Shown here: positions 1 to 8,953 of the stretch, one piece after another
How positions within the stretch are numbered: position 1 is the stretch's first letter
Layout of the letters: the number at the start of each line of letters is the position of its first letter
From: Gemmatimonadota bacterium
Lineage (GTDB): Bacteria; Gemmatimonadota; Gemmatimonadetes; Gemmatimonadales; GWC2-71-9
Length of the DNA: 64,000 bases
NCBI GenBank assembly: GCA_041477065.1
Contig: JBGOUQ010000011.1
Span: 33,423 to 97,422, forward strand
Direction of reading: 5' to 3'
Position numbers and translations under genes: made by a program
The notes under the pieces: model-generated
Told to the model about the DNA's origin: nothing
What the model saw: the letters and a program-made list of their open reading frames with translations, nothing else
Database searches by the model: none

Positions 1-2
1 CC

Positions 3-1121
3 GAAGAGCCGTTCTTCCCCGCGCCGAGCTGGCTGGGGTCGTTCCGCGTCCGCGCGGCGTACGGCACCTCGGGTCTGAACCCCGGGGCCACTGACGCGCT
101 GCAGTTCTTCAACAGCACGCCCGTCGTCATCAACAACGCCGACGTTCCGGGCATCACCATCGGCAACCTCGGCAACGCGGCGCTGAAGCCGGAGCGGACC
201 AACGAGGCCGAACTGGGCTTCGACGTCGACCTCCGGCCGCTGAGCACGCATCTCGGGTTCACCTACTACACCAAGACGTCGCATGACGCCCTGATCGCCG
301 TCGTGCTGCCTCCGAGCTGCGGCTGCGGCAACTCGATTTTCCGCAACCTCGGATCGGTGAGCAACAAGGGCGTCGAAATCCAGGCGACCGCGACGCTGGT
401 GCAATCGCGCAAGTTGTCCATCGACGTGAACGTCAGCGCCTGGGGCAACCGGTCGCGAGTGGAGACGCTCGGCCAGGGCATCGCGCCGATCATCTTCGGG
501 CTGGGCGGCGCTACCCAGCGGATCACGCCGGGCTACGCGCCGGGCGCGTACTTCCAGGTGCCGTACACGTTCGCCGATGCCAACGGTGACGGCCTGATCG
601 ACACCAACGAGGTCAAGCTGGGTTCGGCGGCGAGCTTCCAGGGCCAGCCGTTCCCCGATCACGGCGGCTCGTTCAGCACGACCATCACGGTCCTCGAGCA
701 TCTGCATCTGTACGGCCTGGTCGACGGCCGGTTCGGCAACAGGCTGTTCAACAGCACCGAGCAGTTCCGCTGCGGTCAGGGGAACTGCGCCGGACGGAAC
801 GATCCCAAGGCGCCGCTCGCCGCTCAGGCCGCGGCGGTGGCCAACATCAAGGGCACGCAGGCGGGTTACATGGAGGACGCGGATTTCGTGAAACTGCGCG
901 AACTCTCGCTCACCTATGACGCGCCGATCGCCTGGGCGTCGAAACTGGGCGCGTCGTCGCTCAGCTTCACGATCGCGGGACGCAACCTGCTCAGGTGGAC
1001 GAAGTACACCGGCCTCGACCCCGAGCTGAACGAGGCGGGCCAAAGCAACTTCACGACGGCCGACTTCCTGACCCAGCCCCCGGTGCGGTATTGGATCGGG
1101 CGGCTCAACCTCACCTTCTAA
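3..1121 (+). CDS. SusC/RagA-family TonB-dependent outer membrane receptor, C-terminal part (5' truncated by window)
   Basis: Frame is open from position 3 (EEPFFPAPSWLGSFRVRAAYGTSG...GNAALKPERTNE); motifs NLGSVSNKGVE, YMEDADFVKLRELSL, AGRNLLRWTKYTGLDPE; C-terminal Phe; SusD follows. Confidence 0.93.
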   Translation, partial: EEPFFPAPSWLGSFRVRAAYGTSGLNPGATDALQFFNSTPVVINNADVPGITIGNLGNAALKPERTNEAELGFDVDLRPLSTHLGFTYYTKTSHDALIAVVLPPSCGCGNSIFRNLGSVSNKGVEIQATATLVQSRKLSIDVNVSAWGNRSRVETLGQGIAPIIFGLGGATQRITPGYAPGAYFQVPYTFADANGDGLIDTNEVKLGSAASFQGQPFPDHGGSFSTTITVLEHLHLYGLVDGRFGNRLFNSTEQFRCGQGNCAGRNDPKAPLAAQAAAVANIKGTQAGYMEDADFVKLRELSLTYDAPIAWASKLGASSLSFTIAGRNLLRWTKYTGLDPELNEAGQSNFTTADFLTQPPVRYWIGRLNLTF

Positions 1122-1137
1122 CCGGAGGCACGGACCA

Positions 1138-2628
1138 ATGACTGCGCAATTCCTGAAGACTGTGGCCTGCGCGCTCCGGAGCTCCGGAGAGCGAGGGTTC
1201 GCCGTGGCGGTGCTCGCGGTGGCCCTCACGATCGCGGGCGGGGCGTGTCACAGCCTCGATGTGACCACGCCGGACGTCGTGCCGGCCGACAATCTCAACA
1301 ACCCGCTCGCGCTGCCGACAATTCGCGCGGGCGCGATCGGCGACTTCGAAATCGCCTACAGCGGCTCGGGCGCCAACGGGTCCGGCGGCACCACGGAAGG
1401 CCAGATCCTGGCCAGCGGCATGCTCGCCGATGAATGGATCAACACCGAGACGTTCCCCGACCGGATTCAGGCGGACGCTCGCCAGGTGGATCCCAACAGC
1501 GGCACGTTCGGGACCATCTTCCGGAACCTCGCGCGGGCGCATCTGTCCGCCGAGAACGCGGCGGCGAAGTTCCGCACGCTCGCGGATACGACCGTAGACC
1601 CCGGTCTCTCGGAGATGTTGAGCCTGGCCGGGTACACGCTGCTGTTCTTCGCCGAGAACTACTGCTCCGGCGTACCGATCAGCTATCCCAATACTGACGG
1701 CTCGATCCGGTTCGGCAGCCCGATCACGACGGATCAGATGCTGGACTCGGCGTTGCAGCGGTTCAACCAGGCGCTGGCCGCCGCGAGCGCCATCACGTCA
1801 GCCGCCAACAAGGCCAACATGATCGGCCTCGCGTCCGTCGGAAAGGCGCGGGTGTTCATCGCCAAGGGGCAGATCGCCACCGCGGACACTGTGGTTTCGG
1901 TGGCCAACGTGCCCACGACCTACTCCTACCTCCTGCAGCACGATCTCAATACCACCCGCCAGCAGAATGGCGTGTACAGTGGGATCCGCAAGTTCAAGCG
2001 CTATGGCGTCGCCAACTTGAAGGGCGGCAACGGCCTCGCGTGGACGACCGTGGTGGATCCGCGGACGCCGTCTACCCGCGCTCCAGCCACGAATCGCGGT
2101 TTCGACAACGCGACGCCGCAGATCGACCAGCTGCGGTACACCGACGAGAAGGCGTCCGTCACTCTGGCCACCGGTCTCGAAGGGCGGCTGATCAACGCCG
2201 AAGCAGCACTGATACGCGGCGATACGGTGGGGTTCATGACCCAGTTGAACACACCGCGGGCCACGCCGCCGACCTACATCCTGGCCGGCGTTGCGGGTAC
2301 CTTGTCTCCTGCGGATCAGCCGAAGCCGCTGGCGGCAGGGGTGTTGGCGCCCCTGACCACGCCGGCGTCGCCGGCCGCCTCCATTGACCTGCTCTTTAAC
2401 GAGCGGGCGCGCTGGCTCTGGGGTACCGGCCACCGGCTGAACGACCTGCGGCGCCTAGTACGGGCCGTTGGCGTGCGCGGTGGGTACGGGCGGGCGGTCA
2501 ACGCCGTCTTCCCGACAGGGGTGTACTTCAAGAACGGGTTGAGCTACGGCACCGACGTGAATTACCCCGTGCCCGTGGACGAGCTGAACAACCCGAACTT
2601 CCTGCAGTGCCTCGACCGGCTGCCGTAA
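1138..2628 (+). CDS. SusD/RagB-family nutrient-binding lipoprotein
   Basis: GGAGG RBS; signal peptide with GGAC lipobox; C-terminal ERARWLWGTGHRLNDLRR and PVPVDELNNPN motifs; directly after susC-like gene. Confidence 0.9.
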   Translation: MTAQFLKTVACALRSSGERGFAVAVLAVALTIAGGACHSLDVTTPDVVPADNLNNPLALPTIRAGAIGDFEIAYSGSGANGSGGTTEGQILASGMLADEWINTETFPDRIQADARQVDPNSGTFGTIFRNLARAHLSAENAAAKFRTLADTTVDPGLSEMLSLAGYTLLFFAENYCSGVPISYPNTDGSIRFGSPITTDQMLDSALQRFNQALAAASAITSAANKANMIGLASVGKARVFIAKGQIATADTVVSVANVPTTYSYLLQHDLNTTRQQNGVYSGIRKFKRYGVANLKGGNGLAWTTVVDPRTPSTRAPATNRGFDNATPQIDQLRYTDEKASVTLATGLEGRLINAEAALIRGDTVGFMTQLNTPRATPPTYILAGVAGTLSPADQPKPLAAGVLAPLTTPASPAASIDLLFNERARWLWGTGHRLNDLRRLVRAVGVRGGYGRAVNAVFPTGVYFKNGLSYGTDVNYPVPVDELNNPNFLQCLDRLP

Positions 2629-2655
2629 GGCGATCACCGAGGTAGGACGAAAACG

Positions 2656-2691
2656 ACGCGGGAGGGAGCGCCATTCGGCTCCCTCCCGCGT
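2656..2691. terminator. Probable bidirectional intrinsic terminator
   Basis: Perfect 14-bp stem ACGCGGGAGGGAGC / GCTCCCTCCCGCGT with 8-nt loop, between convergent genes; A-run on the left, T-rich on the right. Confidence 0.8.
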
Positions 2692-2714
2692 TCGCTTTCA
2701 GCGCCCCGATCCGG

Positions 2715-3161
2715 TTACGGCGTGCCCACCTTCGTGTGAACCAGGATGACCCCGCTCACCGCGTTCGTCCCGTAATAGGTCGTCCCGTCGATGCCGGTCA
2801 GGATCTCGATGCTGAACAGGTTGGAGGCGGGCATCTGCTGCAGCGCGCCGAAATCCGCGCTGCGCACCCCGTCCACGAACAGCATCGGCGCATCGTTCAA
2901 CACGAAGCTGCCGCGTCCGCGGCGCCCCATGCCGATCGCCTGGCCGTTGCGATTCTCCCGGTAGGTGAGCTGCGGCGCTTCCCGTCGCAGCACTTCCCAG
3001 GCCGTTTGGCCCCCCGAGCGCGCAATCATCTCCTCCGTGATCAGGATGCGGTCGCCGTCGTTGTGCGCCGTGACCTTGGAGGGATGGAACGTGTGACACC
3101 CGACCAGCAGGCCCAGCGCGAGGAAGGGGAGTGAAGAATGGCGGACAAACGAGGCGCGCAT
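2715..3161 (-). CDS. Stand-alone TonB-dependent-receptor plug-domain lipoprotein
   Basis: AGGAGG before ATG 3161; LLVGC lipobox; plug motifs ITEEMI, PMLFVDGV, SIEIL...YYGTNAVSGVILVHTK; no barrel. Confidence 0.82.
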   Translation of the reverse strand: MRASFVRHSSLPFLALGLLVGCHTFHPSKVTAHNDGDRILITEEMIARSGGQTAWEVLRREAPQLTYRENRNGQAIGMGRRGRGSFVLNDAPMLFVDGVRSADFGALQQMPASNLFSIEILTGIDGTTYYGTNAVSGVILVHTKVGTP

Positions 3162-3189
3162 GCGGCCTCCTGAGGTGCGAGTACCATCA

Positions 3190-3219
3190 ATCATGGCCGT
3201 CCGCTCCCCCGCGCGTCAA
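3190..3219 (-). promoter_or_regulatory. Possible sigma70 promoter for the plug-only gene
   Basis: Minus strand TTGACG-N18-CATGAT. Confidence 0.4.
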
Positions 3220-3286
3220 GCGCCGCGGGGGGGGGCCGTCGTGCTGAAGCAACGCGCGGGCGAATCACGTAAGATTCACACGCCCT

Positions 3287-4069
3287 ATGAGTTCACCCGC
3301 CGTCGCGTGCCTGCTCCTCCTACAGCAAATCACCGTGCCCCCTCCACGGGGGTACGTGAGCGACTTCGCCGGCGTTTTGGACCCCGCCAGCATCTCCCAC
3401 ATGCAGGCGGTCATCACCGACCTGCGGGCCAAGACCCGGGGGGAAGTCGCCGTCGTGACGCTAGCGGATATCGGGGGACGCGCGGCGAGCGATGTGGCCG
3501 TGCGCATTGGCCGGCAGTGGGGGGTAGGGGCGCAGGCCGAGGCGGGAGATCCAGCGAAAAACCTGGGGGTGGTGCTCCTGCTCGTGCCCCGGAAGGACCA
3601 CAGGCCCGGCACCGGGGACGTATTCATCGCCGCGGGCCGGGGCGCGGAGGGCTTTCTCCCCGACGCGCGCGTGGGACGGATCCGGGACGCGATGCTGCCC
3701 TACCTGGGCGAGGAGCGCTACGGGGAGGGGTTGGCTGTCGGCGTCGACCTGCTGGCCACCGCGTTCGCGCAGGAATTCCGTGTGGCGCTGGACTCCGTCT
3801 CCGCTGCGACGGAGCCCCCGCCCCCTGCGGAGCCGAGCTCGGGGCCCCGGCTGCCCGTTCTGCTCATCATTTTCGTGCTCCTGCTGCTGTTCACCCGCGG
3901 CCGCGTTCTCCTGTGGCCGTTCTTGTTCGGGGGCTTTGGTGGTGGGCGGTCACGGGGGGGGGGGTGGGGCGGTGGAGGAGGGTTCGGTGGTGGTGGTGGG
4001 GGGGGTGGCTTTGGGGGCTTCGGCGGCGGCGGTGGGTTCTCCGGTGGCGGTGCCGGCGGGAAGTTCTGA
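3287..4069 (+). CDS. TPM-domain (YgcG/DUF477) membrane protein with Gly-rich tail
   Basis: GYVSDFAGVL, WGVG, GAEGFLPD motifs; TM segment; GGFGGFGGGGGFSGGGAGGKF C-terminus. Confidence 0.92.
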   Translation: MSSPAVACLLLLQQITVPPPRGYVSDFAGVLDPASISHMQAVITDLRAKTRGEVAVVTLADIGGRAASDVAVRIGRQWGVGAQAEAGDPAKNLGVVLLLVPRKDHRPGTGDVFIAAGRGAEGFLPDARVGRIRDAMLPYLGEERYGEGLAVGVDLLATAFAQEFRVALDSVSAATEPPPPAEPSSGPRLPVLLIIFVLLLLFTRGRVLLWPFLFGGFGGGRSRGGGWGGGGGFGGGGGGGGFGGFGGGGGFSGGGAGGKF

Positions 4070-4092
4070 CCGGTGCAAAGGGGGAGAAGCAT

Positions 4093-4815
4093 ATGATGGC
4101 GAAACCGAAGACAGCGGAAGCGCTCGCCGCAGCCCTGCAAGAGAAGCTGGGTTCGCGGCTCGAGGCCTTCTTGCTGTACGGCTCGGCGGCTCGGGGAGCG
4201 GGTGCGCACGAGCCGGGCCGTTCGGACCTGAACACCGTGCTCGTCGTGGACGCCGTGGATGACGCGCTCTTCGCCGCCATTGGGCCCCTCGTTGCGGCAT
4301 GGGCCGGACACGGTCACCCGGCCCCGATCCTGCTCACGGCGGCGGAGTGGCGGGACTCCGCGGACGTGTTCGCCATCGAGTACACGGACATGCGCGAGGC
4401 GCACCGCCTGCTCGCCGGCCGGGACCCGTGGGCGGGCGTGACCGTGCAGCGTGCCGACGTGCGGCGCCAGCTCGAGCAGGAGCTGATGGGCAAGCTCGTC
4501 CGGCTGCGGCAGGCGCACGCGACGCTGCGCGACGATCCGAAACGGCTGGGCGCTGTGCTCGTAGGAAGCCTGGGCGGGTTCCTGACGATGTTGCGCACCG
4601 TGCTGCGGCTGGCCGGCCGTACGCCGGCGGCCGAGCCCGACACGCTGGTGCGGGAGGCGGCGGCCGCCGTCGGCTTTCCGCCGGACGCGGTGGCCGCCTT
4701 AGTCGCGCACCGGCGGGGCGGGACGCGGCTCGGACTTGTCGCCGGCGATCCGCGGGCGGCGGCGTACCTGGCGGCCGTGGCGCGGACGGCTGAGTACGTA
4801 AACCGACTCACCTGA
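4093..4815 (+). CDS. Nucleotidyltransferase (Pol-beta/MNT-like) domain protein with helical C-terminal domain
   Basis: GGAG RBS before ATG 4093; LYGSAARG...SDLN motif; later DVFAIEYTDM; sits between TPM and lemA. Confidence 0.8.
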   Translation: MMAKPKTAEALAAALQEKLGSRLEAFLLYGSAARGAGAHEPGRSDLNTVLVVDAVDDALFAAIGPLVAAWAGHGHPAPILLTAAEWRDSADVFAIEYTDMREAHRLLAGRDPWAGVTVQRADVRRQLEQELMGKLVRLRQAHATLRDDPKRLGAVLVGSLGGFLTMLRTVLRLAGRTPAAEPDTLVREAAAAVGFPPDAVAALVAHRRGGTRLGLVAGDPRAAAYLAAVARTAEYVNRLT

Positions 4816-4829
4816 AGAGGAGCGACGAC

Positions 4830-5390
4830 GTGAACACGCTGCGGTGGACGCTGATCGCCTCGCTCGCGCTGGTCGCGGGCTGCGGCTACAACACGATCCA
4901 GACCTACGACGAGCAGGTAAACGCCGCCCAGTCGCAGATCAAGGTGCAGCTGCAGCGGCGCGCGGACCTGATTCCGAACCTGGTCGAGGTAGTGAAGGGG
5001 TACGCCAAGCAGGAGCAGACGATCTTCATCGAAGTGGCGAACGCCCGGGCCAAGCTGGCCGGCGCGGTGCAGGGCGGGGACCTGGCGCAAATGGCGAGCG
5101 CCAACGCCGCCCTGACGGCGCCGCTCGGCCGCCTGCTCGCCATCGCGGAGAACTACCCGCAGCTCAAGTCCAACGAAAACTTCCGGGCGCTGCAAGACCA
5201 GCTCGAGGGGACAGAGAACCGCATCGCGGTCGCGCGCCAGGACTACAACGACACGGTGAACCGCTACAACGCCTACATCCGGCGGTTCCCGCAGGTGCTC
5301 ACGGCGAAAGTGATCGGAAAGGGGTCACGAGCGTACTTCGAGCTGCAGACTCCGGGCGCCGATACGGTGCCGAAGGTGAAGCTGAACTAG
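4830..5390 (+). CDS. lemA: LemA family protein
   Basis: GCGYN, QLQRRADLIPNLV, ENYPQLKSNENF, QLEGTENRIAVAR motifs; AGGAG RBS. Confidence 0.96.
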   Translation: MNTLRWTLIASLALVAGCGYNTIQTYDEQVNAAQSQIKVQLQRRADLIPNLVEVVKGYAKQEQTIFIEVANARAKLAGAVQGGDLAQMASANAALTAPLGRLLAIAENYPQLKSNENFRALQDQLEGTENRIAVARQDYNDTVNRYNAYIRRFPQVLTAKVIGKGSRAYFELQTPGADTVPKVKLN

Positions 5391-6325
5391 TCGACGATCG
5401 CGTCCGGCAGGACGTACTTCATCGGGTCCACCGGCTTCCCGTTGACCCACACCTCGTAGTGCAGGTGGGGGCCGGTGGACAACCCGGTCGAGCCGACGAG
5501 CGCGATCTTCTGCCCCCGCTTCACGCGCGACCCGCGGGCCACGAGGATCTTGGAGCAGTGGGCGAACCGCGTGACCAGGCCGTAGCCGTGGTCCAGCGTG
5601 ATGATGTTGCCGTAGCCGTCTTCCCACCGCACTTCCGTGACGACCGCGGCGGCCGGCGCTTCGATCTCCGCGCCCATCGGGGCCGAGACGTCGATCCCCT
5701 CGTGGGGGCGCGCCAGATGCAGGATCGGATGCACGCGCTCGCGGGCGAACGCGCTGGTGAGCCACCCCTTCGTCGGCATAATGGACGGCGTCGCCGCGAA
5801 CCGCGCCTGGTGGCTCGAGAGCGAGTCGTAGGCTTCGTTGAGCGAGCGGACCAGGATGTTGGCGCGACGGCTGAGGGCGTCCACGTCGGTCCGCGCCGCG
5901 AGGGCTTGGGTGCCCACCGGACCGGACGCTGCCAGGCTGTCGCGCTCGGACCAGGCGCCCGCCGGACCGCCGATGCCCGCCTGCTGCACGCCGGCATCCG
6001 TGGGGTTGAGGCCCGCCAGCAGCCGCAGCTCTTGCTCGCGCTGCCCGATGGTGTTCAGCGTGTCCCGCAGGCCTGCCATGCGCTCCCGCAGCCGCTGGAT
6101 CTCGTCGGCGAGCAGCCGGTTCTCATGCTCCAGCGCGCGACTGCGCGTGATGTTGATCCCACGCGACAGAGCGGCGCCCCCGAGCACGAGGAACAAGAGC
6201 GCGACCACGCTCCCGAACCCCACGAGGGCTTTGACGACGGTCTGTGACACCTCCACGGCACGGGACGCTCCCGCGCCGTGGGGAACCAGCATGACCGTCC
6301 ACTTCCGCTCTGCCTGAGTCGGCAT
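5387..6325 (-). CDS. M23 family metallopeptidase with coiled-coil N-terminus
   Basis: HEGID, GYGN, TRFAH, GSTGLSTGPHLHYEV motifs; N-terminal TM and coiled coil. Confidence 0.93.
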   Translation of the reverse strand: MPTQAERKWTVMLVPHGAGASRAVEVSQTVVKALVGFGSVVALLFLVLGGAALSRGINITRSRALEHENRLLADEIQRLRERMAGLRDTLNTIGQREQELRLLAGLNPTDAGVQQAGIGGPAGAWSERDSLAASGPVGTQALAARTDVDALSRRANILVRSLNEAYDSLSSHQARFAATPSIMPTKGWLTSAFARERVHPILHLARPHEGIDVSAPMGAEIEAPAAAVVTEVRWEDGYGNIITLDHGYGLVTRFAHCSKILVARGSRVKRGQKIALVGSTGLSTGPHLHYEVWVNGKPVDPMKYVLPDAIVD

Positions 6326-6363
6326 GACGCTCCGCGGTTGCCGGTTAGCCTAAAGGAGTCGTG

Positions 6364-6392
6364 AACATAGACCCCCGCCAGAGGGTCGTCAA
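6364..6392 (-). promoter_or_regulatory. Sigma70-type promoter for the M23 gene
   Basis: Minus strand TTGACG-N17-TATGTT, about 40 nt upstream of ATG 6325. Confidence 0.65.
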
Positions 6393-6435
6393 CACGCTTT
6401 CTGGTGAGCTACGTCACGCAGTTTGCGGCTAGCGG

Positions 6436-7956
6436 CTAACTCGTGGGTGGCTTGGGGAATAGGGGCGCGGGTTTGCGGACCGTCCAACCCTCCACGGCCA
6501 GGTCGGCGAGCTCGGCGAAGCCCACGGCGGCGAGCGGCCGTCCGGCGCCGAGCAGGCTCCAGATCTCCTCCGCCTTGCCGGGGACGAAGGGCGCCGCGAG
6601 CACCGCGAGCCGCGCGACGGTGCGGGTCAGGGTGGCCAGCACCGCGTCGAGCTCCGCGTCCTTCGAGTTCTTGGCGAGGGCCCAGGGCGCCGTCTCCTCG
6701 ACGTAGCGATTGGCGCGTGTGGCGAGCGCCATCACGGCGGCGGCGCCGTCCGCCAAGGCGAACGCGTCCATGGCCGTGGCATAGTCGCGCAGGCCCTGCT
6801 GTGCGGCCTCCTCGAGTGGGGAGCGGCCGGGCGTCGGGTCGCGGGGCACGGTGCCGCCGCGGTAGCGGTGCACCATCGAGAGCGTGCGCGACACCAGGTT
6901 GCCGAACGTATCAGCGAGGTCGGCGGTGTAGCGCGCGTCGAAGCGCTCCCAGGTGAAGTTGCCGTCGTTCTCGAACCCGATCTCGCGCAGCAGGAAGTAG
7001 CGCAGGGCGTCGGGGCCGTAGCGCGCGATGGCGCTCCCCAGATCCACAGCCGTGCCCGCGGTCTTGCTCATCTTGGCGCCTTCCCACTGGATGTAGCCGT
7101 GCGCCCAGACGGCGCGGGGCAAGGGGAGGTCGGCCGCCAACAGCATCGCGGGCCAGATGACGCAATGAAAGCGCGTGATGCCCTTGCCGATCACGTGGAG
7201 ATCGGCGGGCCACAGGCGCTCGTACCCTGGGTCTGGGAACCCGGTGGCCGTGAGATAGTTGATGAGTGCGTCGAACCAGACGTAGACCGTCTGCTCGGCA
7301 TCCCCGGGGAAGGGGATTCCCCACGGGAGCCGCTGCCGGGAAATGGAGACGTCCTGCAACCCCGCCTCGAGCAGCCGCAGGACTTCGTTGCGGCGAATCG
7401 CGGGCTCGACCCGGAGCGCGCCGCCGCGCACGAGCTCGAGGATGCGGTCGCGGTAAGCGCTGAGGCGAAAGAAGTGATTGCGCTCCTTCGTCGGGACGAG
7501 GTCGAGGGTCGGGTGCTCGACGCAGCGCCCGTCCACGATGTCGGCGCCCTGCTTGAACTCCTCGCACCCCGTGCAGTACAACCCCTCGTATTGCGCCTCG
7601 AACAGGTCGCCGGGGCGGCTCCGCCGGATCCGCTCGAGCAGCGCCATGACGCTGCGGATGTGCCGCGGCTCGGTGGTGCGAATCCAGTCGTCGTTGCTGC
7701 AGTGCAGCCGTTGCCAGTAGTCGGCGAACGTCGCCCCCATCCGGTCGACCCACGCGCGGGGGGCCACGCCGGCGCGTGCCGCCGCCTGGATGACGGATTG
7801 GCTGTGCTCGTCCATCCCCATCAGGAAGTGGACCGCGTCGCCCCGCGCGCGGCGGTACCGGGCGATGCAATCGGCGCCGATTTTCTCCAACGCGTGGCCG
7901 AGGTGGGGATCGCCGTTGGAATAGTCGATCGCGGTGGTGAGGTAGAACTTAGGCAC
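6436..7956 (-). CDS. metG: Methionine--tRNA ligase (short form, no C-terminal tRNA-binding domain)
   Basis: Start GTG 7956 ([11 protein letters not shown]); HLGH, YVWFDALINY, KMSKT motifs. Confidence 0.96.
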   Translation of the reverse strand: MPKFYLTTAIDYSNGDPHLGHALEKIGADCIARYRRARGDAVHFLMGMDEHSQSVIQAAARAGVAPRAWVDRMGATFADYWQRLHCSNDDWIRTTEPRHIRSVMALLERIRRSRPGDLFEAQYEGLYCTGCEEFKQGADIVDGRCVEHPTLDLVPTKERNHFFRLSAYRDRILELVRGGALRVEPAIRRNEVLRLLEAGLQDVSISRQRLPWGIPFPGDAEQTVYVWFDALINYLTATGFPDPGYERLWPADLHVIGKGITRFHCVIWPAMLLAADLPLPRAVWAHGYIQWEGAKMSKTAGTAVDLGSAIARYGPDALRYFLLREIGFENDGNFTWERFDARYTADLADTFGNLVSRTLSMVHRYRGGTVPRDPTPGRSPLEEAAQQGLRDYATAMDAFALADGAAAVMALATRANRYVEETAPWALAKNSKDAELDAVLATLTRTVARLAVLAAPFVPGKAEEIWSLLGAGRPLAAVGFAELADLAVEGWTVRKPAPLFPKPPTS

Positions 7957-8953
7957 CGGGAGAGGAGCCTCCACGGCGCCGGCGGCCGCGCCGGCGGCGA
8001 AGGGGCGAAGGAGCCGGGGGAGGGAGGGTGGGGGGGGGAGGGGGGACAGGCGGAGGAGGCGGTACGAGTGCGGGCTCGGGCGCGGCGTCCGCGGCGGCGT
8101 CGACTTCACTCTTCAGCTGGTCGAGCGGCACGATCCGGGTGCCCCCCCCCCCCTCCTCGGCCCGCAGGGTCACGCGGTCGCGGAAGATGTCCACCGCGAG
8201 GACCCGCTCGAGGCCGGTGGCGGTGCGCAGCACCTTCCCTTCCTTGGGGAAGCGCTTGCGGCTCTGCACGTAGAAGTCGTGCTCGTAATGCAGGCAGCAG
8301 AGCAGGCGACCGCACGGGCCCGAGATCTGGGCGGGGTTGAGGGAGAGGTGTTGGTCCTTCGCCACCGCCAGGCTCACCGGCCGCAGCTCGGGAAGCCAGC
8401 TGGCGCTGCAGTACTCGCGGCCGCAGCGGCCGACGCCCGAGAGACGCCGCGCCTCGTCGCGCGCGCCGATCTGGCGGAGCTCGATGCGGGCGCGGAACAG
8501 GCTGGCCAGGTCGCGCACCAACGCCCGGAAATCGACCCGCTGCTCCGCCGTGAAAAACACGGTGAGCTTGTGGCGGTCCCATTGCCACTCGGCGTCGGAG
8601 ACCTTCATCGGGAGGGCGTGCTCGCGGACGCGGTCGCGCACCTTGCGCCGGACGTCGTCCTCGGATCGGCGGAGCTGGCCAGCGGCCTGCACGTCGTCGG
8701 GCGTCGCGCGGCGCAGGATCCGGCGCGTGGCCTTCTGGTCAGCCGCCTCGTGGAGCGAGCAGCCCGCGCAGCCGCGGCCGCATTTCCGCAGGGCGAGCTC
8801 CCCCACGGCGGATACCCGCCCCAAATCCTGGCCCCGCTCCACCTCGACGATCACCGGATCGTGCGGGGCGAGCGGTTCCGCGGACTGCCAGGTGAAGTAT
8901 TCCAGCCGGTTCCCTTTGAACCGGACCTCGACGACCGGATCGGTCAAACTCAC
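7949..8953 (-). CDS. ricT: PSP1 / RicT (YaaT) Fe-S domain protein
   Basis: [53 protein letters not shown]; probable GTG start overlapping the accA stop. Confidence 0.9.
   Translation of the reverse strand: MSLTDPVVEVRFKGNRLEYFTWQSAEPLAPHDPVIVEVERGQDLGRVSAVGELALRKCGRGCAGCSLHEAADQKATRRILRRATPDDVQAAGQLRRSEDDVRRKVRDRVREHALPMKVSDAEWQWDRHKLTVFFTAEQRVDFRALVRDLASLFRARIELRQIGARDEARRLSGVGRCGREYCSASWLPELRPVSLAVAKDQHLSLNPAQISGPCGRLLCCLHYEHDFYVQSRKRFPKEGKVLRTATGLERVLAVDIFRDRVTLRAEEGGGGTRIVPLDQLKSEVDAAADAAPEPALVPPPPPVPPPPPTLPPPAPSPLRRRRGRRRRGGSSPGA

Noticed and set aside
3930-4066. GGN-rich low-complexity stretch
   Set aside because: Ordinary Gly-rich tail of TPM/YgcG proteins
3160-4092. Long N-terminal extension of the 551-aa ORF
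   Set aside because: Out-of-frame overlap with the TPM gene; the real NTase start is 4093 with an RBS
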